Source: Leucoraja ocellata (Eukaryota). Taken from it: a stretch of 64,000 bases of DNA. The stretch is from positions 124,001 through 188,000 of the forward strand of contig JAWMAR010001278.1 of assembly GCA_036785375.1 (NCBI GenBank), in the 5' to 3' direction. Numbering within the stretch: the stretch's first letter is position 1; each line of letters starts with the position of its first letter. The notes beneath the pieces are model-generated. The model had not been told where the DNA came from, did not search any database, and was given only the letters and a program-made list of their open reading frames with translations. Of the stretch, positions 12,201-24,200 are shown one piece after another. Made by a program: the position numbers and the translations under genes.

Positions 12201-15200
12201 TGATGAATGGTTAATTGAATTTAAATCAGAGAAATGTGAGATGCTGCATTTTGGGACGTCTAACAAAAGCAGCACCAACACAGTTAATGGTAGGCCTGTG
12301 GGGAGTGTTGTAGAGCAGAGGGATCAAGGAGTGCAGGTGCAAGGTTCCTTGAAGATCAAGTCACAGGGAGATCAGGTGGTCAAAAAGCCTTTTGGCATAC
12401 TGGCCTTCATCAGTCAGAGTATTGAGTATAGAAGTTGGGAGGTCATATTGCAGTTGTATAAGATGTCGGTGAGACCGCGTTTAGAATATTGTGTTCAGTT
12501 CTGGGCACCATGTTACAGGAAAGATATTATCAAGCTTGAAAGGGTTCAGTGAAGATTTATGAGAATGTTGCCAAGGACTAGAGGGCCCGAGCTACAGGGA
12601 GAGGTTGTGCAGGCTGGGTCTCTATTCCTTGGAGCGCAGATGGATGTGGGGTGATCTTATAGTGAAAAGATCATGAGGGGAATAGATTGAGTGGATGCAC
12701 AGAGTATCTTGTATAGAATAGGAGAATCGAGGACCAGAGGACATAGGTTCAAGGTGAAGGAGAAAAGATTTAATAGGAACCTGAGTAACTTTTCACACAA
12801 AGGGTAGTTGGTGTATGGAAGAAGGTGCCAGAGGAGGTAGTTGAGGCAGGGTCTATCCCAACGTTGAAGAAACAGTTAGACAGGTACATGGATACGACAA
12901 ATTTGGAGGGATATGGGCAGGTGGGACTAGTGTATCTGCGACATGTTGGCTGGTGTGGGCAAGTTGGGCTGAAGGGCCTGTTTACACACGATCACCCTAT
13001 GACTCTAACTCTCGTCCGAGAGAGGAGAACTTCTTCAAAGTAGACATATATTGAGGAGATTTCACAGTGGAGCAGACGAAATGTGTAGGAAGGAACTGCA
13101 GATGCTGGTTTAAACCAAAGATAGATACAAAAAGCTGGAGTAACTCAGCGGGTCAGGCAGCATCTCTGGAGAGTAGGAATGGGTGACGTTTCGGGTCGAG
13201 ACCCTTCTTCAGACTGGTTGCATTCGTACTTCATCTTTTCTCTCCGTACTGTCCTGGTTGGCGCGTTGAATTCTGCCGTGTTAACTCACGTTTAAACCTT
13301 CGTTTGTCTTTAGATGCTCCACGAAATCTCTCAATCACTTCCCACGATGATGCGAACAGTTCCCGGGTGATTGTAAAGGAAGGAAACTTTGCAGCGATCC
13401 TCTGCTCCGTCCAGAGTTTCCCAGCATCTAACCTGACGTGGGTACATCTCGGTGTCACGCTGAACACAACATGTTCCAGCAACGAGCTATGGTTGGAGTT
13501 CCCTCAGCTGGCATGGCAGGACACTGGGGTCTATCAGTGTGTGGCGGTGAATGAACACGGGACAGCAGAGAGGGATGTGACCCTCACTGTAGAATGTGAG
13601 TAGACACACACTAACACATCCCTCACAACGTCATAAATGATAGGGGCAGAATTAGAATGTTGAATGGCCAAGTCTACTCCACCATTCAATCATGGCTGAT
13701 CTATCTCTCCCTCCTAACCCCATCCTCCTGCCTTCTCATAGAGCCATAGAGTTATAGAGCCATTGATTCATAGAGTGATACAGCGTGGGAACTGCTCAAC
13801 TTGCTTTCAACAGCCTACAAGTTCCAGATACACTAGTCCAACCTGCCCATGCTTGGCCCATATCCCTCCAAACTTGCCCTAACCATGTACTTGTCTGTTT
13901 CTTAAACGCTGGGATAGTCCCAGCCTCAACGACCTCCTCTGGCAGCTCATTCCATACAACAACCAGCCTTTGTATGAAAAAGTCACCCCCCAGGTTCCGT
14001 TTAAATAATTTCCCCTTCACCTTGAACCTATGTCCTCTGGTCGTTGATTCACCTACTCTGGGCAAGAGACTTGGTGAATCTACCCGATCTATTCCTCTCA
14101 TGATTATAAACACCTCTATAAGATCACCCCTCACCCTCCTGCGCTCCAAGGAATAGAGTCCCAGCCTGCTCAACCTTTCCCTATACCTCAGGCCCTCTAG
14201 TCCTGGCCACATCCTCATGAATCTTCGCTGCACCCTTTCCTTCTTGACAACATACTTCCTATATTTCCTCTCTCCTCTTCTAAGATAAGGAAGTTTAGAT
14301 AAAATTATTTGAAGCATTGTGTGCAGTTCTGGTCACCCCATTACAGGAAGGATGTGGTCAGGGTGCACAACGCTGCCTAGTTTAGAGAGTATTACCAATA
14401 AGGAGTTTTAAGGGGGGCACACAGTGGTTCAATGGTAGAGTTGCTGCCTCACAGCACCAGAGAGCCAGGTTGAATCCTCACTACGGGTGCTTGTCGGTAC
14501 GGAGTTGGCAAGTTCATCCCATAACCTACGTGGGTTTGCGGCGTGTGCTCCGGTTTCCTCCCAAACTCCAAAGATATACAGGTGTGCAGGTTAATTGGCT
14601 TGGTATATTTGTAAATTGTCCCTAGTGTGTGCAGGATAGTATATGTGTTGGGATCGCTGGCAGGCGTGGACACGGTGGGCCGAAGGGCCTGTTTCCGTGC
14701 TGTATTTCTAAACTAAACTAAAGAAGAGGTTGGATAGACTTTCTCTGAGTTCATGTTCACAAGTGATGGGAGCACAATAAGGCCATTCGGCCCATCAAGT
14801 CTACACTGCCATTCGATCATGGCTGATCTATTTCTCCCTCCCGTGCCCCATTCCCCTGCCTTCACCCCATAGCCTCTGACACCCGTACTAATCAATAATC
14901 CATCTATCTCTGCCTTAAATATAACCGCTGACTTGGCCTCCACTGCCGTCTGTGGCAAATAATTCCACAGATTCACCACCCAGTTGAAAGGCTGACGGGA
15001 GACCTGATAGAAATATATAGAACTATGCGTTGCATTGAGAAGGTAGACAGTCAGAATCTTTTTCACATGGTGCAAATGTCAAGGTTGAGAGGGCAGAGCA
15101 TTAAGGTGAGAGGGGAAAATTGTAAAGGAGATGTGCGGGGCAACTTTTACAATACGATACGACACAATAGAACTTTATATATCCCTGAAGAGAACTAAAT

Positions 15201-18200
15201 ACACAAAATACACAAACACAAAATACTTGAAATATGAATTAAAGTGACGAGTGGAAAGGCTTGGGGGCTGTGCAAAGATTACGTGGGAGGGGGGTGGTGG
15301 GGAGGCAAGTCAGTCTCAGTCTACACTATGACAGAAGGGGGAGGAGTTGTACAGTTTGATAGCCACAGGGAAGAACGATCTCCTGTGGCGTTCTGTGCTG
15401 ATGGCACTGGCCACCACCTATTAGTAGAACATCTGCAGCTACTGAAGATAGACACAAAATGCTGGAGCAGACAATGCTGGAGAAACTCAGCGGGTGAGGC
15501 AGCATCTATGGAGCGAAGGAAATAGTCAACGTTTCGGGTCGACACCCTTCAGACTGATGTGAGGGTGGGGGCGGGAAGAAAGGAAGAGGAGGAGACAGTG
15601 GGCTGAGGGCGAGCTGGGAAGGAGAGGAGAAAGCCAGGACTACCTGATATTAGAGAAGTCAATGTTCATACCGCTGGGGTGTAAACTGCCCAAGCGAAAT
15701 ATGAGGTGCTGCTCCTCCAATTTACGGTGGGCCTCACTCTGGCCATGGAGGAGGCCCAGGACAGAAAGGTCAGATTGGGAATGTGAGGAAGAGTTGAAGT
15801 GCTGAGCCACTGGGAGATCAGGTTGGTTATTGCAATGCTGGAGTAACTCAACGGGACAGGCAGCATCACTGGAGGGAAGGAATAGGTGACATTTTGGGGT
15901 GAGACCCTTTTTCAGACTGGATATATTTGTATAAGGTACTTGGTACACAGATACACCCTGGTACACTGTTTAACCATCGAGAACATCCGCAACACACTGC
16001 CAAGGGCAGTGATGGAGGCAGATAGGACAGATCCTCCAGATGCGCCAAAGATTTCCCGGGATTCGGGATGCACTCACACACCTGAGAGTGTCACCTGTGT
16101 GTGTGCGGCCAGGTGCAACCCACCCGGAGAGCTCACCTGGCACCTCCCCCTCGCCAACCTCAGCGGAAATCAAACCCACGGACGTCTCCACATCTGGCAG
16201 GTGGCAAGCGGGCATCTGGTGAATGGCTCCCTCACTCTGAGATGGGGTGAGGGAGGGGACAACGTGTGCTCAGTCCGAAACCGGCACGGGGAAGCCATGT
16301 TCACGCTGTATCTGTGGACGGAAGGTGAGGACATTTATGGGCGAGGGAAGTCAGAGAGCCAGAGAGTCATACTGTAATGGCCATTTCTAACTTTTACAAT
16401 GTCCAACTTTCCATTGCCATTACTACACAGGTAAGTAGGAGTGATCTTACACAGACCAAAACAGAACAGATCTTCCAGTCATTCTTTATTGAAGTAGTTG
16501 TACAAACAAAGTGATGAATGTACCAGGTTCTCTTTATTCTCATACAAGTTGTAACTTCCTGTCCTCCCGATCTGTGTGAACTGTGTACCCTCCACCTCCT
16601 GTAGCTGGTCTGAATCACTCCCTGTCCACTAAGCCCATGTGTTACACCCCTCCATTCATCAAATGACCGCCACCAAGTGTCCAAAATAATAGCGCTAGAA
16701 ATATCTAGACAAACTAATATAATACGCCAACAGTAGCTGGCTGAAACATAAATGACTCCTACACATACCGTGTGGAAACAGGCCCTTCAGCCCAACTTGC
16801 CCACACCAACCAACATGTCACACCTACACCAGTCCCACCTGCCTGCATTTGGCCCATACCCCTGCAAACCTGACCTCATTGTGTTCCTGCCTAATTCTCC
16901 AGTGATGGCAACATGGCCAGAGGATCTTGGATGACGGAGGTACTGAAGGAAATTCACATTAGGCAGGAAATGGTGTTGGGTAGACAGATGGGACTGAAGC
17001 TGATAAATCCCCAGGGCCTGATGACCTGCATCCCAGGGTACTTATGGAAGTGGCTCAAGAAATTGTGGACGCATTGGTGATCATTTTCCAATGTTCTATA
17101 GATTCAGGATCAGTTCCTGTGGATTGGAAGGTAGATAATGTTTTCCCACTTTTTAAGCATGGTTTGAGAGAGAAAACAATGAATTATAGACCAGTTAGCA
17201 TGACATAGGTGGTGGGGAAGGTGCTGGAGTCAATTGTAAAAGATGAAATAGCGGCACATTTGGATAGCAGTAACAGGATCAGTCGGAGTCACATTGATTT
17301 ATGAAGGGGAAATCATGCTTGATTAATCTTCTGGAATTTTTTGAGGATGTAACTGGGAAAATGGACAAGGTAGAGCCAGTGGATGTAGTGTACCTAGACT
17401 TTCAATAAGTACTAGACTAAGTGGGACCCATTGGGTCCCAAACACCACGGGGAGTGTGTGTTGGGGAGGGGTGGGTGAGAAAGTGTGTATGTGGGCTGGA
17501 GGGGTTTCCAAGGGGGGAGGAGGAGGGATGTGGGGGAGGAGGGGGTGTTGTGTGGGTGGGCTGTGGGAGGGAGGATGTGGGAGGAGGAGGGACTTGTTTG
17601 GGGGAGGGTTGTTTGAGGGCAGGGGGTGTTGTGGATGAGGGGTTTTCAGGTGGGGGAGGGTGTGTGTGGGGTGGGGATTGTGTGGGGGGGGAGGGAGTTT
17701 GTGTGTGTGTGGGGAGAGGCGGGGGTTGTGGGAGGAGGGGGGATTGTGCGGGGAGGGGGGATTGTGTGGGGAGGGGGGATTGTGTGGGGGAGGGGGGATT
17801 GTGTGGGGGAGGGGGGAATGTGTGGGGGAGGGGGTGTTGTGGGGGAGAGGGGTGTGTGGGCTGGGTGTGTGGTGTGGGGGTGCATTGTGGGGGTGTGTCA
17901 TCAGGGAGGTTGTGAGGGGTGTGTGGGAGGTAAGGGTGTGTGGGGAGAACGGTTGTGGGGTGGTGAGGGGTATGTGGGGGGGGGTTTTGGGGAGAGAGGT
18001 CTGTGGGCAGGGGGTGTGTGAGGGAGGGGTGTGGGGGGTGTTAGGGTGTGGGAGGGAGGGGTGTGTGGCAGGGGAAGGGTGTAGGCAGGGGGGAGAGAGC
18101 TCAGAGAAAAGACGGGGGAAGAGCCATGGGGAAGTGTGCAGCATTACGGGGAGGGGGTGCGGGAGCCAGCGAGGAGGACCAGAGGGGAAGGGGTTGGGGG

Positions 18201-21200
18201 TGCGATGGGGACTCACAGCGGGCGCTGGTCACTTCGCTGGTCTCCCTCCTCCGCAAGGCTCGAGGACTCAATCAGCACGACTTGAGGACACAGTCCCGCC
18301 TCCGGGGCTTTATTCTCCTCGCCCCGCCCGATGATTAACAGCGGGTGCCAGAAGGGGCGTAACCTTCGTGGTGACTGACAGGCGAGAAGAAAGATCTGAT
18401 GATCTCATGATTTTTTAAACCTTCATAACTTTTGTAATCAGAATAAAATTTGGTGCGCTTGGAGCATAGGACAGTGAGTAAGGTGGCGATATATCCTAGC
18501 GATATTGGGTACCGTTTTTGCACAAATTTAAAAACAACGCAAACGGGAAGAGGACAAGATGTGAGTTTTAGTAATAGTGTTGATAGATTTGACAAGGTCC
18601 CACATAGGAGATTAGTGACAAAATTAGAGCACATGGTATTGGGGGTAGGCTACTGACATGGATATAAAATTGGTTGGCAGACAGGAAACAAAGAGTAGGG
18701 ATTAACGGGTCCCTTTCAGAATGGCAGACAGTGACTAGTGGAGTACCACAAGGCTCAGTGCTGGGAATGCAGCAATTTACAATATACATCAATGATTTAG
18801 ATGAAGGGATTCAAAGAACCATCAGCAAATATGCAGATGACGCAAAGCTGGGTGGCAGTGTGAACTGTAAGGAGGATGCTATGAGGATGCTGAGTGACCT
18901 CAGCAGGTTGGGTGAATGGGCGGGTGCATGGCAGATGCAATTTAATGTGGATAAATATGAGGTTATCCTCTTTCGTGGCAAAAACAGGTAGGCAGATTAT
19001 TATCTGAATGGTGTCAAGTTGGGAAAAGGGGAAGTACAAAGAGATCTTGTTCATCAGTCACTGAAAGTAAGCATGCAGGTACAGCAAGCAGCGAAGAACG
19101 GCTATGGCATGCTGGTCTTAATTACAGCAGGAGTTGAATATAGGAGCAAAGAGGTCCTTCTCAGAAAGCAGTGGAGGCCAATTCTCTGGATGCTTTCAAG
19201 AGAGAGTTAGATAGCGCTCTTAGAGATAGCGGAGTCAAGGGATATGGTGACAAGGCAGGAACGGGGTACTGAATGTGGATGATCAGCCATGATCACATTG
19301 AATGGCCTTGCTGGCTCGAAGGGCCGAATGGCCTACTCCTGCACCTATTGTCTATTGTCATGAATCTTCTCAGCACTCTTTCCAGCTTCCGTCCTAGAGC
19401 AGTGTGACTAAAACTGGACGCAATACCTCAAATGCGGTCTCACCAACGTCTTGCACAACAACTAGACTCTAACATCTGCGGCAGGCAAGATATCATTGAG
19501 TCATAGTGACATCGCATGAAAACAGGCCCATATCCGTCTAAACATCTTCTCACAGAGTTATAGTGATACATTGTGGAAACAGGCCCTTCGGCCCAACTTG
19601 TCCACACCAGCAAACATGCCCCAGCTACACTAGTCCCACCTGCCTGCGCTTGGTTCATATCCCTGCAAACCAGTCCTGTCCATGCACCTGTATAACTGTT
19701 TCGTAAATGTTGGGATAGTCTCTGCCTCAACGGCTTCTGGCAGCACATTCCATACACCCATCTGTGTGAAAAAGTTACCCCTTAGATTCCTATTAAATCT
19801 TTTTCCCCTCACCTCAAACCTATGTTTTCTGATGTTCGAGTGTTTACAGTATATATGATAAGGGAATAATGTTTAGTGCAAGGTAAAGGCAGTAAAGTCC
19901 GATCAAGGATAGACTAAGGGTCACCAATAAGGTAGATAATAGTTCAACACTGCTCTCTGGTTGTGGTGGGATGGTTCAAGGTGTATCTGTGGTTCGTTTA
20001 GTACAGTTTAGCTTATTGTCACGTGTACCGAGGTACAGTGAAAAGCTTTAGTTGTGTGCTAACTGTAAAAAATTGCATAAAGTTGTGGACACAGCCCAGA
20101 CCATCGCACAATCCAACCTCCCTACCAGCGACTCCATCTACACCTCACGCTGCCTCGACAAGGCCAGCAGCATCATCAATGACCAGTCTCACCCCGGCCA
20201 CTTCCTCTTCTCAAGGGCGGAAATCACTTTTAAAACATGGGGGGGCTAACACAATTTCCTGGCGGCCCAAAGACAACACAATGTCTACGACAAGCTGCAC
20301 CTAGTTGACGATTAATATGGTTTAATCTACAATTTGAGAGGGAGAAGGGAAAATCAGAAATGTCAGTATTACAGTTGAACAAAGCGGACTATGGAGACAT
20401 GAGGGAGGAGCTGGCCAAAGTTGACTGGAAAAATACCCTGGCAGGGATGACATTGGAACAACAATGGCAGGTATTTCTGGGAATAATACAGAAGGTGCAG
20501 GGTCACTTCATTCCAAAGAGGGAGAAAGATTCCAAGGGGAGTAAGGGGCGACCGTGGCTGACAAGGGAAGTCAAGGACAGTATAAAATTAAAGAGAAGAA
20601 GTATAACATTGCAAGATGAGTGGGAAGCCAGAGTTAACAGAAGATAACTAAGAAGGTAATGCGGGGTATAAAAGATGAGGTACGAACGTAAGCCAGCCAA
20701 GAATATAAAGGAGGATAGTTAAAGCTTCTTTAGGTATGTGAAGAGGAAAAAATTAGTTCAGACCGAAGTTGGAATCTTGAAGATTACAACAGGTGAATTT
20801 ATTATGGGGAACAAGGAAATGGCAGACGAGTTGAATGGGTACTTTGACAATAGTCGCCTAATTATAGGAAGGATGTCAACAAAATAGAGAGAGTACAGAG
20901 GAGATTTACTAGAATGTTGCCTTGGTTTCAGCAACTAAGTTACAGAGAAAGGTTGAACAAGTTAGGGCTTTATTCTTTGGAGCGCAGAAGGTTAAGGGGG
21001 GCTTGATAGAGGTCTTTAAAATGATGAGAAGGATAGACAGAGTTGACGTGAATAAGCTTTCCCCACTGAGAGGAGGGAAGATGCAAACAAGGGGACATGA
21101 CTTGAGAATTAAGGGACAGAAGTTTAGGGGTAACATGAGGGGTAACTTCTTTACTCGGAGAGTGATGGCTGTGTGGCTTCCAGTGAAGGTGGTGGAGGCA

Positions 21201-24200
21201 GGTTCGTTTTTATCATTTAAAAATAAATTGGATAGTTATATGGACGAGAAAGGAATGGAGGGTTATGGTCTGAGCGCAGGTAGATGGGACTAGGGGAGAA
21301 TACGTGTTCGGCACGGACTAGAAGGGTCGAGATGGCCTGTTTCTGTGCTGTAATTGTTATATGGTTATAATAGACAATGGGAGCAGAGTAGGCCATTTGG
21401 CCCTTCGAGCCAGCACCTCCATTCAATTTGATCATGGCTGATCATCCACATTCAGACACCCGTTCCTGCCTTCTCACCGTATGCCTTGACTCCACTATCT
21501 TTAAGGGCTCTATCTAGCTCTCTTGAAAGTATCCGATCCATCTTCAGTATTGTGTGCAGTTTTGATCTCCATATTTGAGGAAGAACATTCTTGCTATTGA
21601 GGGAGTGCAGCGTAGGTTCACCAGGTTAATTCCCGGAATGGCGGGACTGTCATATCTTGATAGAATGGAGCGGCTGGGCTTGTAAACTCTGGCATTTAGA
21701 AGGATGAGAGGGGTTCTTATTGAAACATGTAAGATTGTGAAGGAATTGGACACATGGGGCAGGAAACATGTTCCCGATGTTGGGGGAGTCCAGAACCAGG
21801 GGCCACAGTTTAAGAATAAGGGGTCGGCCATTTAAAACGGAGATGAGGAGAGACGTTTTTACCCAGAGAATTGTGAATCTGTGGAATTCTCTGCCTCAGA
21901 AAGCAGTGGAGGCCAATTCAATGGATGCTTTCAAGAGAGAGTTAGATAGCGCTCTTAGAGATAGCGGAGTCAAGGGATATGGTGTGAAGACAGGAACGGG
22001 GTACTGAATGTGGATGATCAGCCATGATCACATTGAATGGCGGTGCTGGCTCGAAGGGCCGAATGGCCTACTCCTGCACCTATTGTCTATTGTCTTGAAT
22101 CTTCTCTGCACTCTTTCCAGCTTCCTTCCTAGAGCAGTGTGACTAAAACTGGACGCAATACCTCAAATGCGGTCTCACCAACGTCTTGCACAACAACTAG
22201 AAACTAACATCTGCGGCAGGCAAGATATCATTGAGTCATAGTGACATCGCATGAAAACAGGCCCATATCCGTGTGAACATCCTCTCATAGTGTTATAGTG
22301 ATAAATTGTGGAAACAGGTCCTTTGGCCCAACTTGTCCACACCAGCCAACATGCCCCAGTGACACTAGTCCCACCTGCCTGTGCTTGGTTCATATCCCTG
22401 CAAACCAGTCTTATCCATGTACCTGTATAACTGTTTTGTAAATGTTGGGATAGTCTCTGCCTCAACGGCCTCTGGCAGCACAATCCATACACCCACCACC
22501 CACTGTGTGGAAAAGTTTCCCCTTAGATTCCTATTAAATCTTATCCCTCTCACCTTAAACCTATGTCCTCTGATGTTCGATTCCCCTACTCTGGGCAAGA
22601 GACTCTGTGCATCTACCCGATCTAATCCTCTCATGATTTATACACTACTATAAGACTACGTTACAGTTTAGTTTATTGTCATGTGTGCGCCGACCTACAG
22701 TGAAAAGCTTTTGTTGTGTGCTAACCAGTCAGTGTACAGACCACACATGATTACAATCAAGCTGTTTACAGTATTTAGATACATAAGGGAACTGGTGTGA
22801 AAACGCACATCTCCAGATTCAGAGACAGTTTCTTCCCAGCTGTTATCAGGCCATTCTACCACAATTAGGGAGCAGTCCTGAACTATTATCTACCTCATTG
22901 GTGACCCTCGGACTATCTTTGATCGGACTTTGCTGGCTTTACCTTGCACTAAACCTTATTCCCTTTGTCCTGTATCTGTACACTGTGGACGGCTCAATTG
23001 TAATCATGTATTGCCTTTCCGCTGACTGGATAGCACGACACAAAAGCTTTTCACTGTACCTCGTTACACGTGACAATAAATTAAACTGTAAAAACTGAAA
23101 ACACACCTCTTGCTTTTACAGATAAAGGCTTCAGTATTTGGAAGCCAGTTTTGCTTACAGCAGGGATAATACTGATGGCTGTGCTGGCTGGATTCATCAT
23201 CTACAAGTATATACTGCGGTAAGTTTAAATAAATCCACATTTTTACCTCCAAATCCATCTCTTTGTCATCTGCTTATGACTGCTTCTGCCAGGCTAACTC
23301 CTGTTCACAGACACAAAGTGCTGGAGTAACTCAGTGGGTCAGGCAGCATCTCTGGAGAACATGGACAGGTACAAAGTGCTGGAGTAATTCAGCGGGTCAG
23401 GCAGCATCTCTGGGGATTCAGGAATAGGTGACATTTCGGGTTGGGACCTTCTTCAGACTGAAAGGTTGAGAAAGTTAGAACAAATCAGAGCCAGCGACAG
23501 ATGGCCTTTAGACTGTTGTGAGCCGTTTTGGGCCCCATATCTGAGGGAGGATGTGTTGGCTCGGGAGAGGGTCCAAAGGATGTTTACGAGAATTATTAAC
23601 ATATGATGAGTGTTTGACACTCACTGGGCCTGTACTAGCTGGAGTTTAGAAGGTTGAGGGGAAGACCTCATTGATATTTAATGAATAGTGAATGGCCTGG
23701 ATAGAGTGGATGTGGAGAGGATGTTTCCACTAGTGGGAGAGTGAGTTTAGGACCAGAGGCCACAGCCTTAGAATTAAAGGACTACCTTTAGGAAGCAGAG
23801 TAGGAGTTTCTTCAGTCAGAGGGTGGTGAATCTATGTAATTCTTTGCCACAGAAGGCTGTGGAGGCCAAGCCAATCAATATGTTTAAGGCAGAGATAAAT
23901 AGGTTATTGATCAGTACGGGTGTCAGGGGTTATGGGGAAAACGGCAGGAGAATGGGATTAGGAGGAAGAGTTAGATCAGCCATGATTGAATGGCAGAGTA
24001 GACTTGATGGGCCGAATGACTTCATTCTGCTCCTATCATTAATAACCTCACGACTTTATGACCAACGTCTAATACAACTGCAACTTTATACTTGCACTTT
24101 GCTGATGTGCTGTAAACTTGGTGTGATCTTCTGTTGCTGCAGGAGGGAAGATGCTTCAGGAAACCAAGACACCAATGTGATCTACTGCCCACAATCTGCC

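Larger units (their letters stand above)
4124..13839 (+). repeat. Intragenic tandem duplication, two ~4.86 kb units (4124-8986 and 8987-~13839)
   Basis: Colinear near-identical exons, TE fragments and introns in both units. The junction at 8987 shares TCC microhomology with 4124-4126 and 13837-13839. Confidence 0.92.

Noticed and set aside
17323-18334. Long Pro/His- and Gly-rich ORFs (up to 297 aa)
   Set aside because: By-products of the G/C-skewed low-complexity Helitron interior.
24177-24194. VIYCPQ as a third ITIM
   Set aside because: No hydrophobic residue at Y+3.
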